From: Longimicrobiales bacterium
GTDB taxonomy: Bacteria; Gemmatimonadota; Gemmatimonadetes; Longimicrobiales; Gaopeijiaceae
Length of the DNA: 64,000 bases
Assembly: GCA_965204735.1 (NCBI GenBank)
Contig: OZ242008.1
Coordinates: forward strand, 2,656,001 to 2,720,000
Direction: 5' to 3'
The notes below the pieces were generated by a model. It saw only the letters and a list, made by a program, of their open reading frames with translations, had not been told where the DNA came from and did no database searches. Positions 28,701-37,900 of this stretch are shown here, piece by piece (position 1 is the stretch's first letter; every line of letters starts with the position of its first letter). Position numbers and translations under genes: made by a program.

Positions 28701-29252
28701 CTCCACGAAGTGCTGGTCGCGGTCGCCGCCCGGTGGACGGACCCGAGCCGCCGCGCCGCTCCGCTCCGAGCCTATGCCCGTGACGCGGAGGCGCGCTCGC
28801 TGGAGCTTCTGAACGCATCGCTGGGGACCGGCGCTCGCCTCCCCAACGAGACGGTCCGGCGCAGGCTGTCCGCGGCGCTCCCCCGGGACGTCGCCGACCT
28901 GAAGCCCCAGTTGGAGGAGCGGGCCGACGAGCTTGCCAGCGTGGCCGAACGACGCCTTGCCAAGCGGGGCGAGGCCGAGCGCAGGGACCTTCGCGAGATC
29001 CTCCGGCGCCAGCGCGAACGAGTGGCCGAGGAGCTGGCCAAGCACGAGGACGGCCAATCCCAGCTCGCCCTCGGCCTGGACCCGGCAGAGGCCCGGCAGC
29101 TGGACGCCGACGTGCGTCACTGGCGCCGCCGACTGGACCAGTTCGACCGCGACTTGGCGGAGGAGCCGGACCGCATCCGCGAGTTCTACCAGGTCCGCGC
29201 CCGTCGCGTGGAGCCGGTCGGCGTGGTGTACCTGTGGCCCGAGTCGAACTGA
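25791..29252 (+). CDS. drmD: DISARM SNF2-like helicase DrmD
   Basis: PEPGELVRVRSRQWLVE, LQVFWECE, QSPFRAGIRLDAYQMEPL, IADDTGLGKT, LDEAHH, SATPHNG, ATDAAREGLN, WNPGRIEQRNGRIDR, terminal VEPVGVVYLWP. Upstream of the MTase and DrmA/B. Confidence 0.9.
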   Translation: MIHARLPDRPPEPGELVRVRSRQWLVEAVEEPGGSPVVSLACADDDAQGQALQVFWECELDRRILHDEGWNALGKRGFDDPRRFAAFFHTLRWNCVTATDPRLIQSPFRAGIRLDAYQMEPLRKALRLPRVNLFIADDTGLGKTVEAGLIARELLLRKKAKTIVVAAPPSVLEQWKGEMEERFGLVFEVLDRAYVSRMRRERGFGVNPWRTHSRFLVSHRLLADPAYADPMREWLGPMSPGSLLILDEAHHAAPSSGGRYGIETKFTRAVRDLAGRFEHRLFLSATPHNGHSNSFATLLELLDPYRFTRGVKVRGKRVLDDVMVRRLKEDVRQVQGGFPKRNVVRIEIDGLPEDAPEIALSRLLDEYRTAREARHADAPKGARAAAGLLVVGLQQRLLSSVEAFARSLKVHRATVQRHWEKARAAPGEDAAESGARSARADAPGQPDAEPTQASLPAGRPTSAASASGRTSSTGLDIFLAPPDADDERADWDDAEAEAEEAAQIEAITLAAEAGAAAGSKPVPEDREAAQWANEQRLLDEMERIAEEARYQPDAKTLRLIDWIRENQCPDLPPFGKALPAAALGLALDDPPVAHALPKWNDRRVLIFTENRQGTKRYLREVLERAVRGTDRGEERIEVIDGLTSGARRREVQRRFNARPEADPLRILIATDAAREGLNFQAHCTDLFHFDLPWNPGRIEQRNGRIDRKLQPASEVNCHYFVLPQRFEDRVLEVLVEKTETIQRELGSLSKVIDADVERRLSKAGIRRRDAEALRAEIKGADLDASRKRAAMEELEDARDRQDELADQIEGCRSLLARSRQWVGFKAEPFRQALSCALEMMHAPPLAEGRDADGRPVWTFPPLGRRGATDPSWTATLDSLRAPMKMGQKLAEWRRDAPIRPVVFEDAGVLSDETVHLHLEQRIAQRLLARFRAQGFVSFDLSRACLAQARDSTPRVVLLGRLCLYGSRAERLHEVLVAVAARWTDPSRRAAPLRAYARDAEARSLELLNASLGTGARLPNETVRRRLSAALPRDVADLKPQLEERADELASVAERRLAKRGEAERRDLREILRRQRERVAEELAKHEDGQSQLALGLDPAEARQLDADVRHWRRRLDQFDRDLAEEPDRIREFYQVRARRVEPVGVVYLWPESN

Positions 29253-29286
29253 CCCGAGTTCGCGCCCGGGCGGCTCCCGTACCTGC

Positions 29287-29316
29287 TTGGCGTCCCCCGA
29301 CGGCGAAGGCTAGATT
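29287..29316 (+). promoter_or_regulatory. Putative internal (leaderless) promoter
   Basis: TTGGCG-N18-TAGATT with the ATG 7 nt after the -10 box. Confidence 0.35.
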
Positions 29317-29323
29317 GGCCGCC

Positions 29324-29659
29324 ATGACGCCGCTTACCCTTGATCTTCCGCCCGAGATGCGCGCCCGGCTCTCCGAAGAAGCCGAGCGTCGCAACGTCAC
29401 CGAGTCGGCATTCGTCCATGCGGTCGTGGAGAAGGCGCTGGCCGCTGCCGAGTCCGTCGCGGACCAAGCGCGGTCTACGGCGGACCCGAGTGAGCCCGGC
29501 GAGTATCGGCCGCGGAGTTCGGCGCGAATGAGCTGCCTGGAGCTGGCGGGCGACCTGATCGGGTGCGTCCGAAGCGGAACCCCCGACTTGGCCACGAACC
29601 CGCGCTATTTAGAGGAGGCGATCGTACGGGACGCGAGACGTTGGCGGAAAGACACGTAG
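29324..29659 (+). CDS. Small RHH/CopG-like antitoxin (VapB-like)
   Basis: MTPLTLDLPPEMRARLSEEAERRNVTESAFVHAVVEKAL; C-terminal SCLELAGDLIGCVRSGTPDLATNPRYL resembles antitoxins found upstream of PIN genes. Confidence 0.7.
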   Translation: MTPLTLDLPPEMRARLSEEAERRNVTESAFVHAVVEKALAAAESVADQARSTADPSEPGEYRPRSSARMSCLELAGDLIGCVRSGTPDLATNPRYLEEAIVRDARRWRKDT

Positions 29660-29682
29660 CTGTAGCGGTCGACACGGGTCCA
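29641..29682 (+). pseudogene. Stub of a PIN/VapC toxin
   Basis: TTG start overlapping the antitoxin end reads LAERHVAVAVDTGP, the PIN first strand with the hhhDT motif; similarity ends there. Confidence 0.45.
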
Positions 29683-29710
29683 CGTACTTGCACCGAGATA
29701 GCTCGCTACC

Positions 29711-32700
29711 ATGCCGAATCCCAACCCCCAAGTCGCCGCCCACCTCGAATGGATCGGGTTCGTCCGGCCCACCGGGCTTGTCGTGTCGGCCCCGGCGCTG
29801 GTCAGGGCGGGCGCGGTCCTCAACCGCCGGGACTCGGAAGGACAGCAGCGACTGAACGAGTGCGTAGCGGAGCCGCATAACGGCGCGTCGCCGCACTCCG
29901 AGCCGTACATACCGGACTTCCGCACCTTTGCGACCAGGGTACTCGACTGGAACTTCTCCTCCCACGGGTACGCGGGCACCAACGACAGCCCCATCCCGCC
30001 CGAACTGGAAGTTTCGCTCCCCGACTCCGGCGATGTCCTGCGCCCCACCTACGCCGTCCGCACGGGTCGTGGAGAGTCGGACTGGCAACTGCTGGTCTAC
30101 GCCTGCAAGCCGGCCGCAGACCTGGACCACGCGCAACGCACCAAGGGCGGTCCCGACCTCTCTCCCCACGGCAGCATGGAACGGCTGCTCCGCCAGACGG
30201 ACACGCCCGCCGGCCTTCTGTGCAACGGCTCCACGCTGCGGCTGGTGTCGGCACCAAAAGGGGAAAGTTCGGGCTGGCTGGACTTCCGCGTGCGCGACAT
30301 GACCCAGACCGCAGGCCGCCCAATCTGCACCGCCATGCGCCTGCTGCTGGGCCAGAACAGGCTTCTGGGCGTCGGTCGGGCCAAGCGTCTTGCCGGACTG
30401 CTGGAGGAGAGCCGCAAGTACCAGAACGAGGTCAGCGAGCGCCTGTCGGAACAGGTCCTGCACGCCCTCTACGAGCTGCTGCGCGGCTTCCAGGCCGCCC
30501 ACGACGCTTCGCCGGAACAGCTGCTGCTGGGCCGTTTCCTGGACCCTGCCCATCCTCGCGACGACCGAGGGCAGCCGGACGAAGTGTACCGGGGGCTTCT
30601 CGCCCTCGTCCTCCGCCTCATCTTTCTGCTGTACGCGGAGGAACGGGACATGCTGCCCCAGAACGAGACCTTCCTCGGCGCCTACTCCATCGCCGGGCTG
30701 CACAAGCGGCTGACCGCCGACGCCGCGCTCCACCCCGACACCATGGACCAGCGGTACGGCGCCTACGCGCAGCTTCTCGCGCTCTTCCGCATGGTGCACG
30801 ACGGCGCTCGCTCCGGGACGATGACGCTCACGCGCCGCCAAGGCGCCCTCTTCGATCCCGACCGCTACCGCTTTCTGGAGGGCCGCACGAACCAAGTTGC
30901 GGGGGGCCGACAGCCTCACCAGCGGATCGAAGCGCCGCTCGTGTCCGACGGCACGGTGCACCGGGTGCTGGACAAGCTGCTCGTGCTGGACGGCGAGCGC
31001 ATCTCGTACCGAGCACTGGACGTGGAGCACATCGGCTCCGTCTACGAGACGATGATGGGGTTCCGGCTTCGGACGGCCCAGGGTCGGTCGGTTGCGGTCA
31101 AGGCGGGGAAGAAGCACGGGGCGCCGACGACCGTCGATCTGGAAGCGCTGCTGGCCGAAGCGCCCGGCAAGCGGGCCAAGTGGATTCGCGACCGGACTGA
31201 TCGCAACATCGCCACCAGCAAGAAGACGGACAGCGCCGTCCGCGCCGCTGACACTCTCGACGCCCTCCACGCCGCGCTCGACTCCGTCGTCGACAAGCAC
31301 GCCACGCCGGACCTTGTGCACGCGGGCGCCATGGTGCTGCAGCCCAGCGAAGAGCGTCGCCGCTCGGGTTCCCACTACACGCCCCGGGAGCTGACCGAAC
31401 CGATCGTAAGGGAGACGTTGAGGCCGGTGCTGGACCGATTGCGCTCAGGTCCATCTCGGCCCCCCCCCCCCCCCCCCGAAAATTCTCGACCTCAAGGTGT
31501 GCGACCCGGCCATGGGCTCTGGCGCGTTCCTCGTCGAAGCCTGCCGCCAACTTGGGGAGGCCCTTGTCGAGTCCTGGCGCGCTCATGACGTAGTGCCCCG
31601 GATCCCTCCCGGCGAGACCGAGGAGGTGATGGCCCGTCGCATGGTGGCCCAGCGTTGCCTTTACGGCGTGGATCGCAACCCGGTGGCTGTGGACTTGGCC
31701 AAGCTCTCCCTCTGGCTGGTGACTCTGGCGAGGGACCATCCCTTGACCTTCCTGGATCACGCGCTGCGTCACGGCGATTCGCTCGTGGGGCTCTCGCGAC
31801 GCCAGATCAGGTCGTTTCACTGGAAGGGCGAGGCGCCGAACTTCGCGCCCGGATTCGAGGCGATGAAGGCGGACGAGCATCTGGCGAAGGCGAGCGACTG
31901 TCGCCGACGCATTCGAGAGGCTGGGGACGACATGCCCGACGAGAAGAAGCGGGAACTGTGGCGCGAAGCGAAGTCGCACGCGGACGATGCCAAGTTTCTG
32001 GGCGACTTGGTGGTTGCCGCGTTCTTCGAGGGCGGCAAGCCAAGCAAAAGGGAGACGGCAAGGGCCGAACTTGCAAACGCCGTCGACGACGGGACGGTGC
32101 GCGACTACGCAAGCTGGCTGGACGACCGGTGTCGCGGGGAGCCACCTCTCGCACCGTTCCACTGGGAGATCGAGTTCCCAGAGGTGTTCGACAAGAGAAG
32201 TCCGGGGTTCGACGCGATCGTTGGGAATCCGCCATTCGCTGGGAAGAACTCGGTGGCGGCCGCAAATGTGGACCACTATCCCCTCTGGCTGAAGCAAGTT
32301 CACGCAGACAGCCATGGTAACGCCGACCTGGTGGCCCACTTCTTCCGTCGTTCATTCGACTTGACTCGCGATGGCGGGGCTTTCGGTCTGATCGCGACCA
32401 ACACGATTGCCCAAGGCGATACGCGCTCGACCGGACTTCGCTGGATATGCCAACACGGCGGCGAGATATACCGAGCCACGACGCGAGTGAAGTGGCCGGG
32501 ACTGGCCGCCGTGGTGGTGAGCATCTTGCATGTTGCGAAGGGCCAGTTGTCTGGAAGGAAGACGCTTGACGGGCGCGAAGTCGATCAGATCACGGCCTTC
32601 CTGTTTCATCGTGGTGGTCACGACGATCCGGCGCGATTGAGGGCGAACGCCGGCAAGAGCTTTCAGGGTAGTATCGTCCTCGGCATGGGCTTCACCTTTG

Positions 32701-33731
32701 ACGACACGGACAAGAAGGGGGTGGCAACGCCGCTGACCGAGATGCATCAGTTGATCGAGGACGATCCCAGGGCCGAAGAGGTCATCTTTCCGTACATTGG
32801 TGGTCAGGAGGTGAACACTGATCCGACGCACCAACACCACCGCTACGTGATCAACTTTCGCGATTGGCCATTGCGGCGAGCCGACATTGGCGAGACGTGG
32901 GAAGAGGCGGATGCTGATCGGCGCAACGAGCTGCGACGCCAGCCTGTGGTGCCCAGCGACTATCCCGGTCCCGTGGCCGCCGACTGGCCGGAGCTGCTGG
33001 GCATCGTGAGGGATAAGGTCAAGCCGGAGCGCGATTACCAGAATCGTAAGGCACTTCGCGAACGGTGGTGGCACTATGCGGAAAAACGTCCAGGCTTGCA
33101 CTCCAGCATCATCAGCAAACAACGCGTGCTGGCCATTTCGCGAGTCGGCCAACATGCAAGCTTCGCGTTCCTTCCGAACGGAATGGTCTATGCGGAGTCC
33201 ATGATCGTCTTCCCCGTCGACACCTACTCGGCGTTCTGCACCCTTCAGTCGCGCATCCACGAAGTCTGGGCGCGCTTCTTCGGTTCGTCCTTTGGGGACG
33301 GACTTCGCTACACCCCCTCCGACGTCTTCGAGACCTTCCCCTTCCCCGAGAACTGGGAGACCCACCCGTGCCTTGAAGCCGCCGGCAAGAAGTACTATCA
33401 ATTCCGCGCCGATCTCATGGTCCGCAACGACCAGGGGCTCACCAAGACCTACAACCGCTTCCACGACCCGAACGAGCACGACATGGCCATCGCCCGTCTC
33501 CGCGAGCTTCACGCCGCCATGGATCGCGCCGTCCTCGATGCCTACGGATGGTCTGACCTTTCCACGGACTGCAACTTCCTGCTCGACTACGAGATCGACG
33601 AGGAGGAATGGGGCCGCAGGAAGAAGCCCTATCGCTGCCGCTGGCCGAACGACGTCCGCAACGACGTGATCGCCCGCCTCCTCGAACTCAACGCCAACCG
33701 CGCCGAGCACGAATCGAAGAGGAGACGATGA
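29711..33731 (+). pseudogene. drmMI: DISARM class I adenine methyltransferase DrmMI, frameshifted at a poly-C tract (phase variable or assembly error)
   Basis: Frame 1 (29711-31588): HLEWIGFVRPTGLVVS, ALDVEHIGSVYE, RRRSGSHYTP. Frame 2 (to 33731): KILDLKVCDPAMGSGAFL (motif I), LYGVDRNP, IVGNPPF (motif IV), LTKTYNRFHDP. The frames join at C18 (31460-31477). Confidence 0.88.
31460..31477 (+). repeat. C18 homopolymer
   Basis: tctcgg-C18-gaaaattctc; no comparable homopolymer seen elsewhere in the window. Confidence 0.92.
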
Positions 33732-34951
33732 TGTCCGACAGCCCGGCGCAATGGACACCCCGGCAGTTCATGGTCACCCGAGTCAAGCTCTACCACTACC
33801 GGAGCCACGCCGCCAGCGACGTAGCGTTGCGACCTCTCACCTATCTTGTCGGGCCCACCGGATCCGGCAAGAGCACCTTCATGGACGCGCTGTCGTTCGT
33901 CGCGGACTCCCTTCGGACGTCGGTGGGCGAAGCGCTTCACGCCCGCGACGGGTTTGCGGAAGTGGTCTGGCGCGGCGGAGAGGCGAAGTGCTTCGGAATC
34001 AGGATCGAGTTCGAGTACTTGGGGGAGGCTGGGCACTATGCGTTCACGGTGGTGCATAGTTCCGACGACACGCATGAGATCGGTACAGAAGAGTGTCTTG
34101 TGAGAACAAAGAGTCCGTCACATTCGCCGTGCTTTCGCGTGGAGGCAGGCAGGCTCTTGGAAAGTTCGGACCAGTCCGATCGACATGCGGGCGCAGATCG
34201 CCTGTACTTGGCAAATGGCGCAGGCGACCCAGTGCTTCGGGGTGTATCGGAGCACATTCGGAGCATGTGCGTCTATCGGCTCAGCCCCAGCGCGATGCGC
34301 AGAATCGTTTCCCGCGATCCGGGGGCTCGCCTGATGCCGGACGGAAGCAATGCGGCAAGCGTGTTGAGAGCCATGGAGGATGGGGCGCCCGAGACCAAAG
34401 GTTATGTCGTCCAGTACTTGACCAGAATCGTGCCTGGCTTGCTGTCGATCCACCAGAAGGTCGTCGGCAACCGGCAGACGGTTGAGTTTGTGCAGGAAGG
34501 AGACGGCTCGGGGCAGGAGTTGCGGTTCTGGGCGCACAGCATGTCGGATGGCACGTTGCGCGCGTTGGGCGTACTGCTGGCCGCCTTCCAGCAAGGCGAC
34601 CCCGTCGGGGGGCTTGTGGGGATTGAAGCGGCCGATGCCGGCGTGAACCCGACGGTCGCCGGCCTTGTTGCTGCGGCGCTCGAAGATGCATCGGACCGAA
34701 GACAGATAGTGGTCAGCACACAGAACTCGGACCTGTTGGACGAAGAAGACGTTCCGGCGGAGTCGGTCGTCGCGGTCGCGGTGCGCGGTGGACGCACTCG
34801 CATAGGGCCTGTTGACGAGGTGGGGCAGTCGGTACTTCGAGAGAAGATGTTCACAGTCGGCGAACTCATGCGCCATGATCAAGTAAGGCCCGATCTCGGA
34901 GGCGCGGTTCCAGAGATGGTCGAGGCAACCTTGTTCGGGCCAACCACATGA
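33728..34951 (+). CDS. ABC/AAA ATPase-like protein with degenerate Walker B/H-loop
   Basis: Walker A GPTGSGKS, LMPDGSNAASVL, signature MSDGTLR, then LVGIEAADAGVNP and VSTQNS. ATGA overlaps with both neighbours. Confidence 0.82.
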   Translation: MMSDSPAQWTPRQFMVTRVKLYHYRSHAASDVALRPLTYLVGPTGSGKSTFMDALSFVADSLRTSVGEALHARDGFAEVVWRGGEAKCFGIRIEFEYLGEAGHYAFTVVHSSDDTHEIGTEECLVRTKSPSHSPCFRVEAGRLLESSDQSDRHAGADRLYLANGAGDPVLRGVSEHIRSMCVYRLSPSAMRRIVSRDPGARLMPDGSNAASVLRAMEDGAPETKGYVVQYLTRIVPGLLSIHQKVVGNRQTVEFVQEGDGSGQELRFWAHSMSDGTLRALGVLLAAFQQGDPVGGLVGIEAADAGVNPTVAGLVAAALEDASDRRQIVVSTQNSDLLDEEDVPAESVVAVAVRGGRTRIGPVDEVGQSVLREKMFTVGELMRHDQVRPDLGGAVPEMVEATLFGPTT

Positions 34952-37900
34952 CCTCCCCCGAGGTCCGCGAACGCCTTGCCGAGGCCCTCCTTCTGGACTT
35001 GGTCGGCCCCCCGCCGGGCCACCGGCTCGCCGACGAGATGCTGCCCCAGCGGTGGCGACCGTCGGTCTGGTATCTGACCGGTTTCCTGATACCGTCGGAC
35101 GCGCCCCCCGAGGACGCCGCCGACCTCGACGAGGAAGACGACTTGGGAGAAACGCCGGCGTCGCCGGGCCTGTCGGAGGAGTCCGCCGAAGACCGGAGGG
35201 CGGCCAAGAAGGGCTTCTTCCCGTCGTCGATGGGGTTGAGCTTCTTGGCGGCGGCGGAGGCGAGCGCTCTGAAGGTCGTCGTGTCGTGGGGCGACTACCG
35301 GCGGGCGGACGGGCCGGAGAAGCAGAAGGTGTGGCAGCGCTTTCCGCGCCGAGCGACGGTCCGCGTGCCGTTGGGGCGAGGGCAAGCCGCGACCGATCAC
35401 CAAGTCCCGGACTCCGACGGCCTGCGTCTCCACATCGTCGAGCGGGACGTCGACGTGGCGAAGTTCCTGGGCGGCATTCCCGAAGGCACGCGAGCCCTGT
35501 CGGTCTTCTTGGTCAACGGTCGCTGGCCAGCGCCGCCGGGGGACCGGGACCGGGACACGACTTACGTCTTCCAGCCGGAGGTTGCCGTCAAGTGCGACCA
35601 GCCGTTCGTCCCGCGGCCGAATCCAAGGGGCTTCAGCGCCGAGGAGTGGGACGAGCAGGTTGCCGATCTCCACTACGCCGACACCCCCAGCTACGCGACC
35701 GGCCATGGCGTCTCGGGCGAGTGGGAGATCGACGCGGACGGGGTCTGCCGGCGCGTGCGCACGGCTTGGATGCCCAGCGCCGAAGTCGAGGTGGTCAAGA
35801 CCCAGGAAGTTTATGGAGCGGAGCTGGGCATGGAGGCCCTGGGCGCCCTGCGGGACGGTGCTGCCGCCCAGGTCGCCCTTGCGCCCGTCGTGGCGGAGTA
35901 CCGCGCCTGGATTGCCGCGCAAAGGGACGACCTCGCCGCTCTGCCCGGCCGCCGGCGCGAGACCGCAGAGAAGCTGGTGCAACAGGCCGAATCCGCGGCC
36001 GACCGCATCGAGCGAGGCGTCCAACTCCTGTCGCAAGACGAAGCCGTCCTGGACGCCTTCCGGGTGGCCAACCGATCCGTCGCCCGCGCCCTGCGCCAGC
36101 GCCTCGACGACGACGCCAACCCCGAAGGTCCGCAATGGAGGAGCTTCCAGCTGGCCTTCGTCCTGCTCAACCTGCCGGGACTAGCCGACCCCGCCGACCC
36201 CGACCGCAAGATCGTCGACCTGCTGTTCTTCCCCACCGGCGGCGGCAAGACCGAGGCGTACTTGGGACTGGCGGCCACCGCAATGGTCCTGCGACGCCTG
36301 CGCAACCGGGAGCCCGACGGCGGTCACGGAGGAGCCGGCGTCTGCGTCGTCATGCGCTACACGCTGCGCCTCCTCACCTTCGACCAGCTGACGCGCGCCG
36401 CCGGACTGGTGTGCGCGCTGGAGCTCGAACGCGAAGGCAACCCCACGCGCTACGGCCAGTGGCCCTTCGAGATCGGCATCTGGGTGGGCAAGGCGGCGAC
36501 CCCCAACGTCATGGGCCGCAAGGGCGGCAAGGCGTCGTCGGGGTCGGCGCGATCCAAGACGCTCCGCTACAAGGAAAACCCACTGGGCAGGCCCGCCCCG
36601 ATTCCGTTGGAGGACTGCCCGTGGTGCGGCAAGCGCTTCCAGCCCGACGCCTTCGACCTGTTGCCCGACAGCGACAAGCCGCGGGACCTGCGCATCGTCT
36701 GCACCAACTTCGACTGCGACTTCAGCGGCGACCGACCCCTGCCCATCGTGGCCGTGGACGAGCCGCTCTACCGTCGGTTGCCTGCGTTCCTGGTCGCAAC
36801 CGTGGACAAGTTCGCCGCTCTGCCGTGGACCGGCCCTTGCGGCCTGCTCCTGGGCGGCGCCGACCGGGCCGACAAGCACGGCTTCTACGGTCCCGCCGAC
36901 CCTGCTCGCGGCCGCCCCCTTCCGGCACCGGTGCCGCCCCCGGACCTGATCGTCCAGGACGAACTTCACCTGATCTCGGGACCCCTGGGCACGATGGCGG
37001 GCCTCTACGAGACCGCAATCGAGGCCTTGTGCACGGCCAACGCCGAGACCGACTCCCCCGGCAGCCCCAAGATCGTCGCCTCCACCGCCACAGTTCGCCA
37101 AGCCGCAAACCAAGTCCAAGCGCTGTTCGCCCGGCCGGAGACGCAAGTGTTCCCGCCGCATGGACCGAGCCGTCGCGACTCGTTCTTCGCCAAGACAGTT
37201 TCCAGCGACGAACTTCCGGCCCGGCGCTACGTGGGCATCGCCGCCCAGGGGCGCAACCCCAAGGTCATCATGCGAAGGGTCGTGCTGGCGCTCATGGGCG
37301 CGGCCGAGAAGGCGTACCGGGAGTGCGGCGGACCGCGCAACCATCCGAACCCCGCCGATCCGTACATGACCCTCGTGGGCTACTTCAACAGCCTCCGAGA
37401 GCTGGGCGGGGCGCGCAGAATCCTCGAAGAGGAAGTGGGAAACACCCTCAAGCGAATCGGCGACCGCCGCCGAGTCGGGGAAGGACAGGGGCTGTTCTGG
37501 AGCCGCAAGAAGTTCCGCGAGGTGATGGAGCTCACGTCCCGCGTACCCACCAACAAGGTTGCACAAGCGCGTCATCGGCTGGGCCGCTCGTTCGGCCCGC
37601 CCGCCGGCAGCGGCTCCGCTCCGGTCGACTGCGCCATCGCCACCAACATGATCTCGGTGGGGCTGGACATCATGCGCCTGGGACTGATGGTCGTGCAGGG
37701 CCAGCCCAAGACCTCCGCCGAGTACATCCAAGCGACCAGCCGCGTCGGGCGGGACCATGGCCGTCCGGGACTGGTCGTCACGCTCCTCGGCATGTACCGG
37801 CCCCGGGACCGGTCGCACTACGAGCGCTTCCGCAGCTACCACGAGACGTTCTACCGGTCGGTGGAGGTCACCAGCGTCACGCCCTTCTCGACGCGGGCGC

